DNA of 64,000 nt from Nemertoderma westbladi (lineage: Eukaryota; Animalia; Xenacoelomorpha). The notes under the pieces were generated by a model. The model saw only the letters and a program-made list of their open reading frames with translations, was not told the DNA's origin and ran no database searches. The position numbers and the translations under genes are program-made. The stretch spans positions 20,257 to 84,256 of the forward strand of contig JAUCBJ010006670.1 of NCBI GenBank assembly GCA_032718475.1, written 5' to 3'. Below, piece by piece: positions 62,985-64,000 of the stretch; the first letter of the stretch is position 1, and each line of letters opens with the position of its first letter.

Positions 62985-63885
62985 AAATACACCATGTCCC
63001 ATAGTATACAGTAGTGTCATTTTCTGATGACACGGACCCCCCCCCCCCCCCCAAATTTTTCTACAAATATTTATCATATTGCTTGAAATTTGAAACACCA
63101 CTAGTTCAACTCACCGTCGATGACCCCATGAAGCCGGAATTTTCGATTTCGCCTTTAAATTTTTTTAATAAGCGTTTTAAAAAAGTGTCTATTGCGAAAT
63201 CGCACCCTCCGTGTCGTTGCCATTCTTTATATTAGTCATATTTTTTTACATATCATTGGAAAGCTTGCGTTGCAAGGATTCCAAATATGTAACAATGTCA
63301 GAATTTCATTGAGAAACAGCTGAGATATAGGCGTTCAAAGATTGCAATAACGATCATTCGCTGTAGGCCATTTATTCTATCAAATAAATACACAAAATTC
63401 TAGAATGTGTTATTTATTTTATAAGTTGGTTGGCAACAGCGGTATTCCTATCCAATATATATATTGCGTAGCTATTCATGCATAAACAAAATGTTTCAGA
63501 ACATCGTGTATTTATTAAATATAATAAATGGCCTTCAGCGAACGATATTTCTTGCAATCTTTGAACGCCTATATCTCAGCTGTTTACGAAATTCAGATAT
63601 TGTTACATATTTGGAATCCTTGCAAGGCAAGCTTTCTAATGATATGATAAAATTACGACTAATGCGAAGAATGGCCACGATATGGAGGGTGCGATTTCGC
63701 AAAAGACACTTTTTAAAAACGCGTATAAAAAAATTTTTAAGGCGAAATCGAAAATTCCGGCTTCATGGGGTCATCGACGAGTGGTGTTTCAAATTTCAAG
63801 CAATATGACAAAGATAGGTAGAAAAATCTGGGGGGGGGGGTGTTATCAGAAAATGACACTATATTACGGTTCATGGTGTAGTTTT
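62985..63885. mobile_element. Foldback-type element with about 400-bp imperfect terminal inverted repeats
   Basis: For example GTCGATGACCCCATGAAGCCGGAATTTTCGATTTCGCC near 63117 and its reverse complement near 63741; boundaries approximate. Confidence 0.8.
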
Positions 63886-64000
63886 AGAATGAATTTCGTA
63901 CTTTGGGCTAACCGTGTATTTCTACAATTAAATATAGCTTGGTATTTACCATGAATTAAAGAACTAAAGAAGTACTAAAGAACTACTCTTCCCCGCCTGG

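Overview
AT-rich eukaryotic (animal) genomic DNA with GT-AG introns and many repeats; nothing here is prokaryotic. The window holds the 5' part of a HYDIN gene (motile-cilium central-pair protein) on the minus strand. I reconstructed 17 coding segments with consistent splice phases, from an ATG at 57957 to the left window edge. Two opposite-strand genes are nested in HYDIN's two largest introns: an intronless RECQL5 helicase and a two-exon MOLO-1/TPM-like membrane protein. An intronless LRRC74-like gene lies 2 kb upstream on HYDIN's strand. The most unusual pattern is that several intronic minisatellites are built from the neighbouring splice site itself: about 70-75 copies of branchpoint + pyrimidine tract + AG + exon start, and arrays of exon end + GT donor. 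Other notable items are a hammerhead-ribozyme-like core inside a tRNA-like element with inverted repeats, a cluster of RFX X-boxes, a possible 31-nt intron, two inverted copies of a DNA transposon bracketing ten exons, and back-to-back palindromes. Gene identities come from recalled family motifs, not database searches. The organism cannot be determined; an invertebrate such as a ctenophore is plausible but unproven.
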